This document shows, piece by piece, positions 7,413 through 16,985 of a DNA stretch of 35,557 nucleotides (its first letter is position 1; the number at the start of each line of letters is the position of its first letter). The stretch comes from Nitrospirota bacterium. GTDB taxonomy: Bacteria > Nitrospirota > Thermodesulfovibrionia > Thermodesulfovibrionales > Dissulfurispiraceae. The position numbers and the translations under genes were made by a program. The notes under the pieces are model-generated. The model ran no database searches, was not told where the DNA came from, and worked only from the letters and a program-made list of their open reading frames with translations. The stretch lies in the NCBI GenBank assembly GCA_040758355.1, contig JBFLWF010000024.1:1-35557 (forward strand), in the 5' to 3' direction.

Positions 7413-8975
7413 TTATGCGCCAACTATCTCCAATGTCTTTATAAGGGCCTCTGCCTTTTTCAGGGTCTCGTAATATTCCCTTTCAGGGTCTGAGTCAGCC
7501 ACAATTCCTGCACCTGCCTGTACATAGGCAAAGCCGTCCTTTATGACAAATGTCCTTATGATGATATTCAGATCCATATTGCCCGAAAAACCGATATAGC
7601 CGAGAGAGCCCGTGTATGGACCTCTCTGGACCGGCTCAAGCTCATCGATTATCTCCATGCACCTGACCTTCGGCACGCCTGTAATTGTTCCGCCCGGAAA
7701 GGCCGCCTTTATTACATCAAAACATGTCTTCCCCTTTTCGAGGATACCTCTGACATTGGAAACGATGTGAATGACATGGGAGTAGTCTTCCGTGATCATC
7801 AATTCATCCACTGCAACACTGCCGTATCGGGAGACCCTTCCGATGTCGTTCCTCTCGAGGTCTATTAGCATTATATGCTCTGCCCTCTCCTTTTCATTCA
7901 ATAAAAGCTCAGCCCTCATCTGTTCGTCTTCCTTGAAGTCCCTGCCTCTCGGTCTTGTCCCTGCAATGGGCCTTGTCTCGATGACATTGTCTTTTACCTT
8001 TATCAATCTCTCAGGAGATGAGCTGACAATCTGGTAGTTGCCGAAATCGGCGTATGCGGCAAAAGGCGATGGATTAACCATTCTCAGCACCTTGTAGATT
8101 TCCCACGGGTCTTTATCGCCTATTTCGGCTGAAATCCTCTGTGAAAGATTTGCCTGGAATATATCTCCGGCAGCAATGTATTCCTTTGCCCTCCTGACAA
8201 TATCCATGTATTGTTCTTTGGACATCTCGTAATTTAACTGGAGGGCATTGTAATTTGAACTTTTTGAACGATTTAAACTATATTCAATGCAATACTGTTC
8301 ACCTGATCCAACTCGTTCAAACCGTTCAAGTCGTTCAACCGCCTCCTCATACGCCATGCTCCAATCAATATGTGAAATGTCCCTGTATCCCAGTCCTGTA
8401 TCTCTTGCTCCCGGAGAAACAATCACCCATGCCTTTCCCTGCATATGGTCAAAAGCTATCACATTATCAGCCATAAAGAAATGTGCATCGGGAATACAAA
8501 GGTCATCAACGGCATTCTTCGGGATATTTTCGATGTATCTGACAAAGTCATAACTTAACAATCCGATAGCTCCTCCCTGAAACGGAGGGAGTTCAGGTAC
8601 GTATTTTTGGGGATATGCTGCTACAAGTTCCTTTAATCTTTCCAGCGGTGGTCTTGAAGAGACTGTTTCTTTAAACTTTGACCCTTGACCCTTGACCCCG
8701 TTAGAAGCGTCGCTTCTAACGGGGTTGACCTTTGACCCTATACTTATCTCCCCATCTTTAACTCTGAATATAAGATATGGATCAAAGGCAATGAAAGAAT
8801 AGCAGGCTATCTTGTAATGTCCTTTTACGCTCTCAAGGAGGATGGAGTTTGCGCTGCAGCCGAGGGATTCGTAAACAATGTAAGGTTCAAAATAAGGAAT
8901 CTCGATATAGAGTGGAGGAATATTGCCATTTTTGACTGAATCCAAGAAATCTCTTTTATTTATATTTAACTTCAT
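7413..8975 (-). CDS. Anthranilate synthase component I / PabB family chorismate-binding enzyme
   Basis: LLESV, FQGGAIG, GDIFQANLSQR, SSSPERL, PIAGTRPR, EHIMLIDLERND, FPGGTITGVPK. Confidence 0.9.
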   Translation of the reverse strand: MKLNINKRDFLDSVKNGNIPPLYIEIPYFEPYIVYESLGCSANSILLESVKGHYKIACYSFIAFDPYLIFRVKDGEISIGSKVNPVRSDASNGVKGQGSKFKETVSSRPPLERLKELVAAYPQKYVPELPPFQGGAIGLLSYDFVRYIENIPKNAVDDLCIPDAHFFMADNVIAFDHMQGKAWVIVSPGARDTGLGYRDISHIDWSMAYEEAVERLERFERVGSGEQYCIEYSLNRSKSSNYNALQLNYEMSKEQYMDIVRRAKEYIAAGDIFQANLSQRISAEIGDKDPWEIYKVLRMVNPSPFAAYADFGNYQIVSSSPERLIKVKDNVIETRPIAGTRPRGRDFKEDEQMRAELLLNEKERAEHIMLIDLERNDIGRVSRYGSVAVDELMITEDYSHVIHIVSNVRGILEKGKTCFDVIKAAFPGGTITGVPKVRCMEIIDELEPVQRGPYTGSLGYIGFSGNMDLNIIIRTFVIKDGFAYVQAGAGIVADSDPEREYYETLKKAEALIKTLEIVGA

Positions 8976-9065
8976 ATGTAAAGGGTTATAGGTTATGGGT
9001 CATGGGTTATAGGGATAAAAATATTTCTTTTCCCATCACCCATTACCTAATACCTATCACCTGCT

Positions 9066-9785
9066 TCATGCCGTGAGAATCTCTAAAGAGATAAGCTCCA
9101 GTGCCTTGATAGGGTCTTCCTGCTTAAGTATCCCCCTACCCATGACAATATAATCCGCACCGTTTTTCAGGGCCTCTTTTGGTGTCGCCGTCCTCTTCTG
9201 GTCATCTGGAGGAACCCACGAAGGCCTGATACCAGGTGTAACTACAAGGAAGCCCTTGCCGCAGTGCTGCTTTATCATGGAAATCTCATGGGGAGATGCA
9301 ACAACGCCATCGAGCCCTGCCTTTTGCGCCAGCAATGCCAAGTGCTTTACATGGGTTTTGATTCCATGGGAAACAGAAAGTTCATTCTTTAAAACCCCGT
9401 TATCGAGGCTTGTCAGTACAGTAACCCCGATAATCTTCGGTCTTTGAATATTTTCCTTAAGGCATAACTCAGCAACCGAATCCCTGCACCGCTTCATCAT
9501 ATCGAGTCCGCCCGATGTGTGGACATTGAATATGTATACGCCGAGCCTCGATGCTGCAAGTGCTGCCTTTGTGACGGTGTTTGGAATATCATGGAACTTC
9601 AGATCAAGGAATACCTTTTTGCCCTTATTATGAATATCCTCAACCACCTTTGGCCCTGCAGAAACAAAAAGCTCGAAGCCGACCTTGAACACGCCTGCAT
9701 AATCACCGAGCATATCCACGATGCTCAGCGCCTGTTTTGCATCCGAAACATCAAGGGCAATTATTAATTTTTCCTTCCACGACAT
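9066..9785 (-). CDS. pyrF: Orotidine-5'-phosphate decarboxylase
   Basis: LIIALD, FLDLKFHDIPNTV, VTVLTS, VTPGIRP. Confidence 0.96.
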   Translation of the reverse strand: MSWKEKLIIALDVSDAKQALSIVDMLGDYAGVFKVGFELFVSAGPKVVEDIHNKGKKVFLDLKFHDIPNTVTKAALAASRLGVYIFNVHTSGGLDMMKRCRDSVAELCLKENIQRPKIIGVTVLTSLDNGVLKNELSVSHGIKTHVKHLALLAQKAGLDGVVASPHEISMIKQHCGKGFLVVTPGIRPSWVPPDDQKRTATPKEALKNGADYIVMGRGILKQEDPIKALELISLEILTA

Positions 9786-9786
9786 A

Positions 9787-10335
9787 TCACATCCTCGGCA
9801 GGGTTATCCCCTTCTGCGCCTGATACTTTCCTGCCTTGTCTTTGTAAGAAACCTCGCAAATCTCAGCAGCCTGTAAAAATAAAAGCTGTGCTATGCCTTC
9901 ATTTGCGTATATCTTTGCCGGCAGGGGAGTAGTATTCGAAATCTCTATTGTTACATGGCCTTCCCATTCAGGCTCAAGCGGGGTGACATTCACAACAAGA
10001 CCGCATCTCGCATATGTTGATTTGCCGAGGCATATAACCAGCACATCCCTCGGAATCCTGAAGTATTCGAGGGAGCTGGCCAGGACAAAGGAATTTGGCG
10101 GGATGATGCAGACATCGCCCTTGTAATCAACAAAGCCCTTGGGGTCAAAGTTCTTTGGGTCAACAACTGTGTTGTTTATATTGGTGAATATCTTGAACTC
10201 ATCGCCGATCCTCATATCATAGCCGTAAGAACTGACGCCGTATGAAATAACACCCTTTCTGACCTGCTTTTTGTTAAACGGCTCTATCATTCCCTTTTGA
10301 GCCATCTCCTTTATCCATCTGTCGTTTTTGACCAT
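9787..10335 (-). CDS. dcd: dCTP deaminase (start probably MVKNDRW at 10335)
   Basis: [40 protein letters not shown]. Confidence 0.95.
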   Translation of the reverse strand: MVKNDRWIKEMAQKGMIEPFNKKQVRKGVISYGVSSYGYDMRIGDEFKIFTNINNTVVDPKNFDPKGFVDYKGDVCIIPPNSFVLASSLEYFRIPRDVLVICLGKSTYARCGLVVNVTPLEPEWEGHVTIEISNTTPLPAKIYANEGIAQLLFLQAAEICEVSYKDKAGKYQAQKGITLPRM

Positions 10336-10398
10336 AATACCCCCTGCTGAGAAGTAGTTGTAAAATATCATAAACAGGCTTTTACAGGCAAGAAAGGT

Positions 10399-11712
10399 TT
10401 ATCTGTCCAGAACCTCTGATTTAACTATAGGAAGATAAATCTTAAATATGGTACCTTTTGCAGGTTCGCTGTAGACATTTATATAACCGTTGTGCTGCTT
10501 TATTATTCCATAAGACACTGCAAGGCCGAGGCCGGTACCCTTGCCTAATTCCTTTGTTGTAAAGAACGGCTCAAAGATCCTATCTATTGTCCTATTGTCC
10601 ATACCCATCCCTGTATCGGAAACCGAAATGAGTGCGTATTCTCCATGCTCTACATGATCATTCGTTTTTATATATTCGCTGCCTAATTGCACAAGCCCTG
10701 TTTCGATAGCTAAGACTCCTCCACGTGGCATTGCATCCCGTGCATTGGTTGCGAGGTTCATCAATACCTGCTCTATCTGGCCGCTGTCCGCCATTACGGT
10801 CAGATCGTCTTCTGAAAGTATTGTTTTAAGGTGAATATCTTCTCCTATAAGTCTTGCAAGAAGGTTCTCCAGCCTGCTTATGATTTCATTGAGGTTTACC
10901 GGCTTAGGATTTATTATCTGCTTCCTGCTGAAGGCAAGGAGCTGCCGGGTCAGGCTGGCTGCCTTTTCTGCAGAAGCAAGTATCTGCTCCACATCCTGTA
11001 TCATAGGATTATCCTCATTCATGCCCATCTTCATAAGGCTCCCGTAACCAATTATCGCAGTCAGTATATTATTAAAGTCATGAGCGATGCCTCCGGTGAG
11101 CTGTCCTATAGCCTCCATCTTCTGTGCCTGCCGCAGTTGTTCTTCAAGACTCTTGCGTTCGGTTATATTTCTTACGACCTCTATTCCTGCGATGATCTTT
11201 CCTGTTGAATCCCTTAAAGGCGAAGCAGTAACCTCAACTATCGTTCTATTATCCGCACTTTTCCTCTCGGCAGTATGAATCCTGCCATCCTTTAAAGACA
11301 TCTCCACAGGACATCCCTCACAAACATTATCCCTGCCCTCATATGCCATATAACAGTAATCTCCGACATGTTCACCGATAATATTTTTATGGACCTGATT
11401 TTGATACAAAACCTTAAAACTTGTATCCTGAATGCTGATGCCGTCTCCAATGGCTGCAATTATCGCCTCTGACCTTATCTTTTCATCCAGCAAGGCTGTT
11501 GAAGCCTGACTCCTCTCGATGTCATAGCGGCGGATCATGTAGTAAAGCATCAGCGCGGTAACTGCAATGAACAACCATCCCTTGAAGGTCTGCAGTTTGG
11601 TGAGCGTTAAGGTGTCTTCAACTATTATGGAAAGCAGATTGTCCGAAAATAGTATCCACAGTCCGCCTATGAAGGCATAGATTATAGCGATTTTCAGAGG
11701 AGACAGTCTCAT
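10399..11712 (-). CDS. Membrane PAS-domain sensor histidine kinase
   Basis: Two N-terminal TMs (WILFSD...KGWLFI), [41 protein letters not shown]. Confidence 0.9.
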   Translation of the reverse strand: MRLSPLKIAIIYAFIGGLWILFSDNLLSIIVEDTLTLTKLQTFKGWLFIAVTALMLYYMIRRYDIERSQASTALLDEKIRSEAIIAAIGDGISIQDTSFKVLYQNQVHKNIIGEHVGDYCYMAYEGRDNVCEGCPVEMSLKDGRIHTAERKSADNRTIVEVTASPLRDSTGKIIAGIEVVRNITERKSLEEQLRQAQKMEAIGQLTGGIAHDFNNILTAIIGYGSLMKMGMNEDNPMIQDVEQILASAEKAASLTRQLLAFSRKQIINPKPVNLNEIISRLENLLARLIGEDIHLKTILSEDDLTVMADSGQIEQVLMNLATNARDAMPRGGVLAIETGLVQLGSEYIKTNDHVEHGEYALISVSDTGMGMDNRTIDRIFEPFFTTKELGKGTGLGLAVSYGIIKQHNGYINVYSEPAKGTIFKIYLPIVKSEVLDR

Positions 11713-11936
11713 TCTTCCATGGCTTCTGCAATCTCTTTTAAAAGATTGAGGGCATCTTTTGCAGCATCTTCGTCCACCTTCTGGATTGCAAAGCCTGCAT
11801 GGACAAGGACGTAGTCACCTATCTTTGCATCTTCAGGAAGAAGCAGAAGGCTTATCTCTTTTCGTGCTCCGTAAACATCTACAGTGGCGAGGAGATTATT
11901 TATTTCGACAATTCTTGATGGGACAGCAAGACACAT
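11709..11936 (-). CDS. hypC: Hydrogenase assembly chaperone HypC/HupF
   Basis: MCLAVP N-terminus (ATG at 11936), GDYVLVHAGFAI. Confidence 0.94.
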   Translation of the reverse strand: MCLAVPSRIVEINNLLATVDVYGARKEISLLLLPEDAKIGDYVLVHAGFAIQKVDEDAAKDALNLLKEIAEAMEE

Positions 11937-12397
11937 TTTACATTCCACTCCTTCAGCTTTCCGATAACCGCATCTATCAATGTCTCTATTTTCCCTTTAA
12001 TCTCACCTGTCATGTCAAGGCCGACATCGAGGGATTGAGGTTGTATCCCGATAAGGCATATTTCTGACGGAGATATATCCATCAGTTTTGCGGCAAAAAG
12101 GACATCCGAAAGATTTATATGATGGACAGAGAGTTTTGAGTTGAGGACGGATGGGATATCGTCATTTTCGATCATCCCGATATGGCCGGGCTCTCTTCCA
12201 AAATCAACTGCATCAATAATCAGGACTTTATCGCGTCCTTCAAATATTGGCAGAAGATCGAGGCCCATGGTTCCACCATCAATTATCTCCACATCGGGAG
12301 AAAAGGTATACCTTTGTTTTATGGTGTTTGCTGCATGAACCCCGACGCCCTCGTCCCTCAAAAGGATATTACCAAGACCAATAAGTGCTATATTCAA
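11900..12397 (-). CDS. Hydrogenase maturation endopeptidase (HyaD/HybD family)
   Basis: GLGNILLRDEGVGVH, IDGGTMGL, IIDAV, SVHH motifs. Confidence 0.92.
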   Translation of the reverse strand: MNIALIGLGNILLRDEGVGVHAANTIKQRYTFSPDVEIIDGGTMGLDLLPIFEGRDKVLIIDAVDFGREPGHIGMIENDDIPSVLNSKLSVHHINLSDVLFAAKLMDISPSEICLIGIQPQSLDVGLDMTGEIKGKIETLIDAVIGKLKEWNVKCVLLSHQELSK

Positions 12398-12449
12398 TAC
12401 CTAACCCTCTTTCTTAAAACCAAATTACGCAAGTATTGCTATATATATG

Positions 12450-12496
12450 GCAGCAGGTGTGCTGAAAAGGGTGCGGCTTTGATGCACACCTGCTGC
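12450..12496 (-). other. Intergenic hairpin after the hydrogenase cytochrome b gene (possible terminator or mRNA stabiliser)
   Basis: 13-bp perfect inverted repeat GCAGCAGGTGTGC...GCACACCTGCTGC. Confidence 0.5.
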
Positions 12497-12525
12497 AATA
12501 TCCTGCACAATTCAGATTAAAACCA

Positions 12526-13176
12526 TTATTCTTCCTCCACTGTCTTATACCCGCTGAATATGGAGCTCATAACACCGCTCCTCTCTGCCCTGTCCAGCAG
12601 CCATCCTATATAAACATGGGCAATGGAAAAGGCGATTATCAGCCACATTACGAGGTGGTGATAGAGCCTTAAAGTCTGAGCACTGAACAGCGACAGCATC
12701 CAGCCACCCATAAGCTTCCAGAAAAAGCCAACATGGCTCTGTGAGTAAAGGGCAAATCCAGTAAGAATCTCCGCAATGAACAGGATGAATAATCCGAGAT
12801 ACACATAAGTGGCGCAAGCAGTGTGCCCCACCGCCTTAGGCGGCTCCTTTTTCAAAAACAGATAGAACTTTGTTATTTCGATTAACCCCTTAAACTTGCC
12901 TGCACTGAAGGGATTAAAGACCCTCCAGCTTGCATACTTATTCCCCGCCAGCGACCAGTATATCCTTATCAGAAAGCTCACTGCAAAAAGATACGCAGCA
13001 ACAAAATGTATGAACCTCATCCATCCCATTATGTACTGGTCAGTGGAGACGGCATGGATAAATGGATTCCCGATGTAATATCCTGTGATTGACAGAGAGG
13101 CTATACTGAGAACATTTATCCAGTGGGTCAGCCTTACAGGAAACTCCCAGACATAAACCCTCTTTAACATGGCCAC
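12526..13176 (-). CDS. Ni/Fe-hydrogenase b-type cytochrome subunit (HyaC-like)
   Basis: VYVWEFPVRLTHW, RFIHF, RIYW, LYHHLVMW...AHVY, SSIFSGYK. Confidence 0.93.
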   Translation of the reverse strand: MAMLKRVYVWEFPVRLTHWINVLSIASLSITGYYIGNPFIHAVSTDQYIMGWMRFIHFVAAYLFAVSFLIRIYWSLAGNKYASWRVFNPFSAGKFKGLIEITKFYLFLKKEPPKAVGHTACATYVYLGLFILFIAEILTGFALYSQSHVGFFWKLMGGWMLSLFSAQTLRLYHHLVMWLIIAFSIAHVYIGWLLDRAERSGVMSSIFSGYKTVEEE

Positions 13177-13180
13177 CCCC

Positions 13181-14890
13181 TTAAATAACTTTGATTTTTG
13201 TCACTTCTCTGCCTGCCGCATCAACCACATGAACAGCACACGCCATGCACGGGTCAAAGGAATGAACGGTCCTCAGTATCTCAACCGGCTTATTAGGGTC
13301 CGCAACAGGCGTGCCTATCAGTGATGCCTCATAAGGCCCTTTCTGGCCTTTTGCATCCCTCGGCGAGCCGTTCCATGTACTCGGCACAACGCACTGGTAA
13401 TTTGCGATCTTTCCGTCTTTGATTAATACCCAGTGTCCGAGGGCGCCTCTCGGCGCTTCATGGAAGCCATATCCCCTGGCTTCTTTGGGCCATGAAGACG
13501 GATCCCATTTGTCTCCATTATGTATGCGGTAATCCCCTTTCTTCATATTTGCAGTAAGCTGGTCGAGCCATGCAGACATCATCTCTGCCGTAATTAGTGT
13601 CTCGATACCCCTTGCAGCAACACGTCCGAGGGTCGAGAATAACGCCTCAGCGCCTACTCCCAGCTTTTTGAGTACGCTGTCCACAACCTCTTTTACCCTC
13701 TTGTGTCCGGATGCATAGGCAACAAGCATCCTCGCAAGTGGTCCGACTTCCATGGGCATATCCTCGTATCTCGGCGCCTTAAGCCAGCTATATTTTTTGT
13801 TTGTGTCGAGAAACTCGTAAGGGGGCTTTGGTCCCGTGTATTTAAAACTTGTTTCTCCTTCCCATGGGTGCTTTGCCTTTGCATCTCCCTCTTTGTATTC
13901 ATACCATGAATGGGTCACATACTCCATAATCTTTGTGTGGTCAACAGGATGGACCTTGCTTAAATCCTTGTTCTTTATAATTCCCCTCGGAAGCCACAGA
14001 TTTTTAGTATCGATCGCATTATCATTAGGGAATTCGCCACAGGCAAGGAAGTTCCCGACACCGCCGCCGTAATTTGCCCACTCTTTATAGAATGAGGCAA
14101 CAGCCAACAGATCAGGAATATATACATTCTCGACAAACTCAAGGGCCTTCTTTGCCAGCCCTGACATGAATGCAATGCTGTCTGCGTTTAAGGCATTCTG
14201 GCTGTTTGGGTCAATGGGTATGGACATGCCGCCGACAAGGTATGTCTGTGCATGGGGATTCTTTGCACCCAGCAGTGCCTGAATCTTTATCACATCCCTC
14301 TGCCAGTCAAGGGCCTCAAGATAATGGGCAACTGCCATGAGATTTGCCTCAGGCGGGAGTTTATATGCAGGATGCCCCCAGTAAGCATTGGCAAATGGGC
14401 CGAGCTGTCCGCTGTCCACAAGGGCCTTTACTTTAGTCTGAATGCCTTTGAAATAGGATGCAGATGACTTGGGCCAATCCGAAATCGACTGTGCAAGCGA
14501 TGATGTCTTTACAGGGTCAGCCTTAATGGCGCTCACAATATCAACCCAGTCAAGGGCGTGCAAGTGATAAAAGTGTATTACATGATCCTGAACATATTGT
14601 ATGCCTGTAATAAGGTTCCTGATTATCCTCGCATTATCCGGTATTACAATCCCCAATGCACTTTCTACCGCTCTCACGGAGCTGGTGGCGTGAACCGTTG
14701 TTCAGACGCCTCATATTCGCTGGGTAAATGCCCATGCATCTCTCGGGTCCCTGCCCTTAAGGATAATCTCTATTCCCCTGAACATGGTGCTGGATGACCA
14801 TGCATCCACCACCTTGCCGCCTTCTACCTGTGCCTCGATCCTCAGATGACCTTCAATCCTCGTAATAGGGTCAATTGCTATTTTTGCCAT
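13181..14890 (-). CDS. Group 1 [NiFe]-hydrogenase large subunit, 569 aa, with two in-frame TGA codons (60 and 63), probably selenocysteine
   Basis: From ATG 14890 (GGAGG RBS upstream): [19 protein letters not shown]...[21 protein letters not shown], continuing in frame into the track ORF 13181-14677. C-terminal motif is DPCMACAVH. Confidence 0.92.
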
Positions 14891-14911
14891 AAAAAACCCT
14901 CCTCATTATTT

Positions 14912-15982
14912 TCATTTACTCTCGCCGCTTTCCTTTTTCTTTGCAGAGCTTGCTATAGCGTGTGCTGCCACGCCGGCTGCTGCTGCCGCTGCTATGCCGA
15001 GACCGATCTTATCGGCAGTCGTCTCAACACCAAAGCCGGGAACCTTCGGGAGCCTTCTGTAAAAAGGCGTCATGGTATCCCAGAAATTGGGTGTTGCACA
15101 TCCGATGCATCCATGCCCTGCCTGTACAGGCCAACTCGTCTTTTCATTGTATTTCATCGTCGGACAATTCTGGTAAGCTGCCGGGCCTTTGCATCCCATT
15201 TCATACAGGCACCACCCGAGCCTGTGGCCCTCGTCACCCCACTGTCTCACAAACTGCCCTGCATCAAAATGGGCGCGTCTTTCGCAATTGTCATGGATCC
15301 TCTTGCCAAAGCCGAAGTATGGACGGCCAAGACCATCGAGTGTTGGCAAAGAGCCGAATGTAAGATAATGGACTATAGTTGCTGTTATATTCTCGACATT
15401 CACAGGACACCCCGGAAGATTGACGACTGTTCCGCCCACAGCCTCTTTTACGCCAACCGCACCTGTGGGATTGGGATTTGCAGCAGGGATGCCTCCATAA
15501 CATGCACACGTTCCAACCGCAATCGTTGCGAGGGCATTGCCGCAAACCTCCTTTGCAATATCAATGGCTGCCTTGCCTCCAACACAGCAGTACACGCCGC
15601 CGTCTTTTAAGGGAATAGAACCCTCCACAACAACAAAGTATTTACCCTTATGATTCTTAACCACGTCCATCAGGGATTTCTCGGCCTGCTTTCCTGCCGC
15701 AGCCATTATGGTTTCATGATAATCCACGGATAAAATATCCAGTACTATCTCCGCAATCGTAGGCTTGTTTGCCCTGAGCAGGGCCTCGGTATCGCCTGCG
15801 CAGTCCTGATATTCAAGCCAGACAAGGTATGGTTTCTGTTTCTTTTCGAGGGCTTCTGCTATCTGCGACACAAAGCTCGATGGCAGTGCCAGTGTTGCTG
15901 CCATGGCAGTGCAGAATTTCATAAAGTCCCTTCTCGATACCCCTCGTCGCGAAAGACCATCAAAAAGATTATCGTCCTGCAT
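14912..15982 (-). CDS. Group 1 [NiFe]-hydrogenase small subunit with Tat signal and C-terminal membrane anchor
   Basis: SRRDFMKFC Tat motif, GTCACYGG, PGCP, HDNC, CLYEMGCKGP, WPVQAGHGCIGC, hydrophobic C-terminal helix. Confidence 0.95.
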   Translation of the reverse strand: MQDDNLFDGLSRRGVSRRDFMKFCTAMAATLALPSSFVSQIAEALEKKQKPYLVWLEYQDCAGDTEALLRANKPTIAEIVLDILSVDYHETIMAAAGKQAEKSLMDVVKNHKGKYFVVVEGSIPLKDGGVYCCVGGKAAIDIAKEVCGNALATIAVGTCACYGGIPAANPNPTGAVGVKEAVGGTVVNLPGCPVNVENITATIVHYLTFGSLPTLDGLGRPYFGFGKRIHDNCERRAHFDAGQFVRQWGDEGHRLGWCLYEMGCKGPAAYQNCPTMKYNEKTSWPVQAGHGCIGCATPNFWDTMTPFYRRLPKVPGFGVETTADKIGLGIAAAAAAGVAAHAIASSAKKKESGESK

Positions 15983-16019
15983 AAAACCCCTCCCGTCAAG
16001 GAATTTTTATTTTGAAAGA

Positions 16020-16048
16020 AGTTTAGGGCATGATATGCCGATTGTCAA
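16020..16048 (-). promoter_or_regulatory. Sigma70-type promoter of the hydrogenase operon
   Basis: TTGACA-17 nt-TAAACT on the minus strand, ~40 nt upstream of the small-subunit ATG. Confidence 0.6.
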
Positions 16049-16132
16049 GAAATTTCCGGCAGTGTAATTTTTAAATAGTATTGCACCTGCTAATTAGAAA
16101 TTAATTTCCAACATCTTTTGCTATAATCCCTC

Positions 16133-16978
16133 ATGGACATTATCCCGGAACCTCAATGGGAAAGACTAATCGAGAAACTAATAAGACATAAGGGCACTGC
16201 CATGTTAATCGGTGCCACTGATTCAGGCAAATCCACCCTCGCAAAATACCTGATAAAAAGGCTGGCATCGCAAAATATCACGGTCTCACTCGTTGACTCC
16301 GATATTGGCCAGTCATCCCTTGGCCTGCCTGGAACAATAAGCATGAAGACCTTCCGCAATCAAAAAGATGTTGAAGATTTCAGGTTTGAGAGGATGTTTT
16401 TCGTAGGTTCAACTAATCCTGCAACAAAATTCCATCTCATGATCCATGGGACAGAGAGGATGGTGAGAATATGCAAAAAGAGGTCTGAAATCGTAATCAT
16501 AGACACAACAGGCCTTATTTCGGGCGGACTTGGGAAGGCATTAAAAATTAGCAAAATAAAGGCTATAAAACCGGAACATATAATTGCAGTCCATCGGAAT
16601 GATGAACTTGAGCATATATTAAATTTGATTGAAAACATACCTATTTATCGCATCAAGGCATCACGCATGGCAAAAGTCAGGAGCAGGGAATACCGTATCA
16701 GATACAGAAAGAAAAAGTTTGCCGATTATTTCGATAAAACAAAAATTTCTGAATTTTTATTGAATGCAAGAGACGCAGGGTTCTTTTATAACAATAAACC
16801 CTTCAGGCTCAAAGACAGGGATTTTGAGGAAGGCGCAATAATCGGCCTTAATCATGGTGAGGATACAATGGCCTTAGGGATTATCACCGAAATAGCAGAA
16901 AATTCCATTATTTTCAGGTCGCCGATAAAATCACTAAAGGGTATTAACAGAGTGGTGTTTGGGGATATTGTCATCTGA
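16133..16978 (+). CDS. Clp1/Nol9/Grc3-like polynucleotide 5'-hydroxyl kinase
   Basis: Walker A GATDSGKST, VDSDIGQSSLGLPG (DxDxGQ), IIDTTG, Arg-rich lid SREYRIRYR. Confidence 0.82.
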   Translation: MDIIPEPQWERLIEKLIRHKGTAMLIGATDSGKSTLAKYLIKRLASQNITVSLVDSDIGQSSLGLPGTISMKTFRNQKDVEDFRFERMFFVGSTNPATKFHLMIHGTERMVRICKKRSEIVIIDTTGLISGGLGKALKISKIKAIKPEHIIAVHRNDELEHILNLIENIPIYRIKASRMAKVRSREYRIRYRKKKFADYFDKTKISEFLLNARDAGFFYNNKPFRLKDRDFEEGAIIGLNHGEDTMALGIITEIAENSIIFRSPIKSLKGINRVVFGDIVI

Positions 16979-16985
16979 CATCATA

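Noticed and set aside
10440..11130. DNA similarity between kinase cores at ~10.4-11.1 kb and ~17.4-18.1 kb
   Set aside because: Explained by ordinary paralogy of HisKA/HATPase domains.
13181..14677. ORF-track start at 14677 for the large subunit
   Set aside because: It omits the conserved [10 protein letters not shown]-terminus and the Ni-binding motif found in frame upstream.
13181..14890. Genome-wide UGA reassignment (Trp/Gly) as the explanation for the hydrogenase TGAs
   Set aside because: TGA is the normal stop of pyrF, dcd and hypC here, Trp uses TGG, and the two TGAs align to Cys ligands.
14846..15610. Long antisense ORFs (also 31273-32034 and 33665-34483)
   Set aside because: They are shadows of well-supported genes on the opposite strand.
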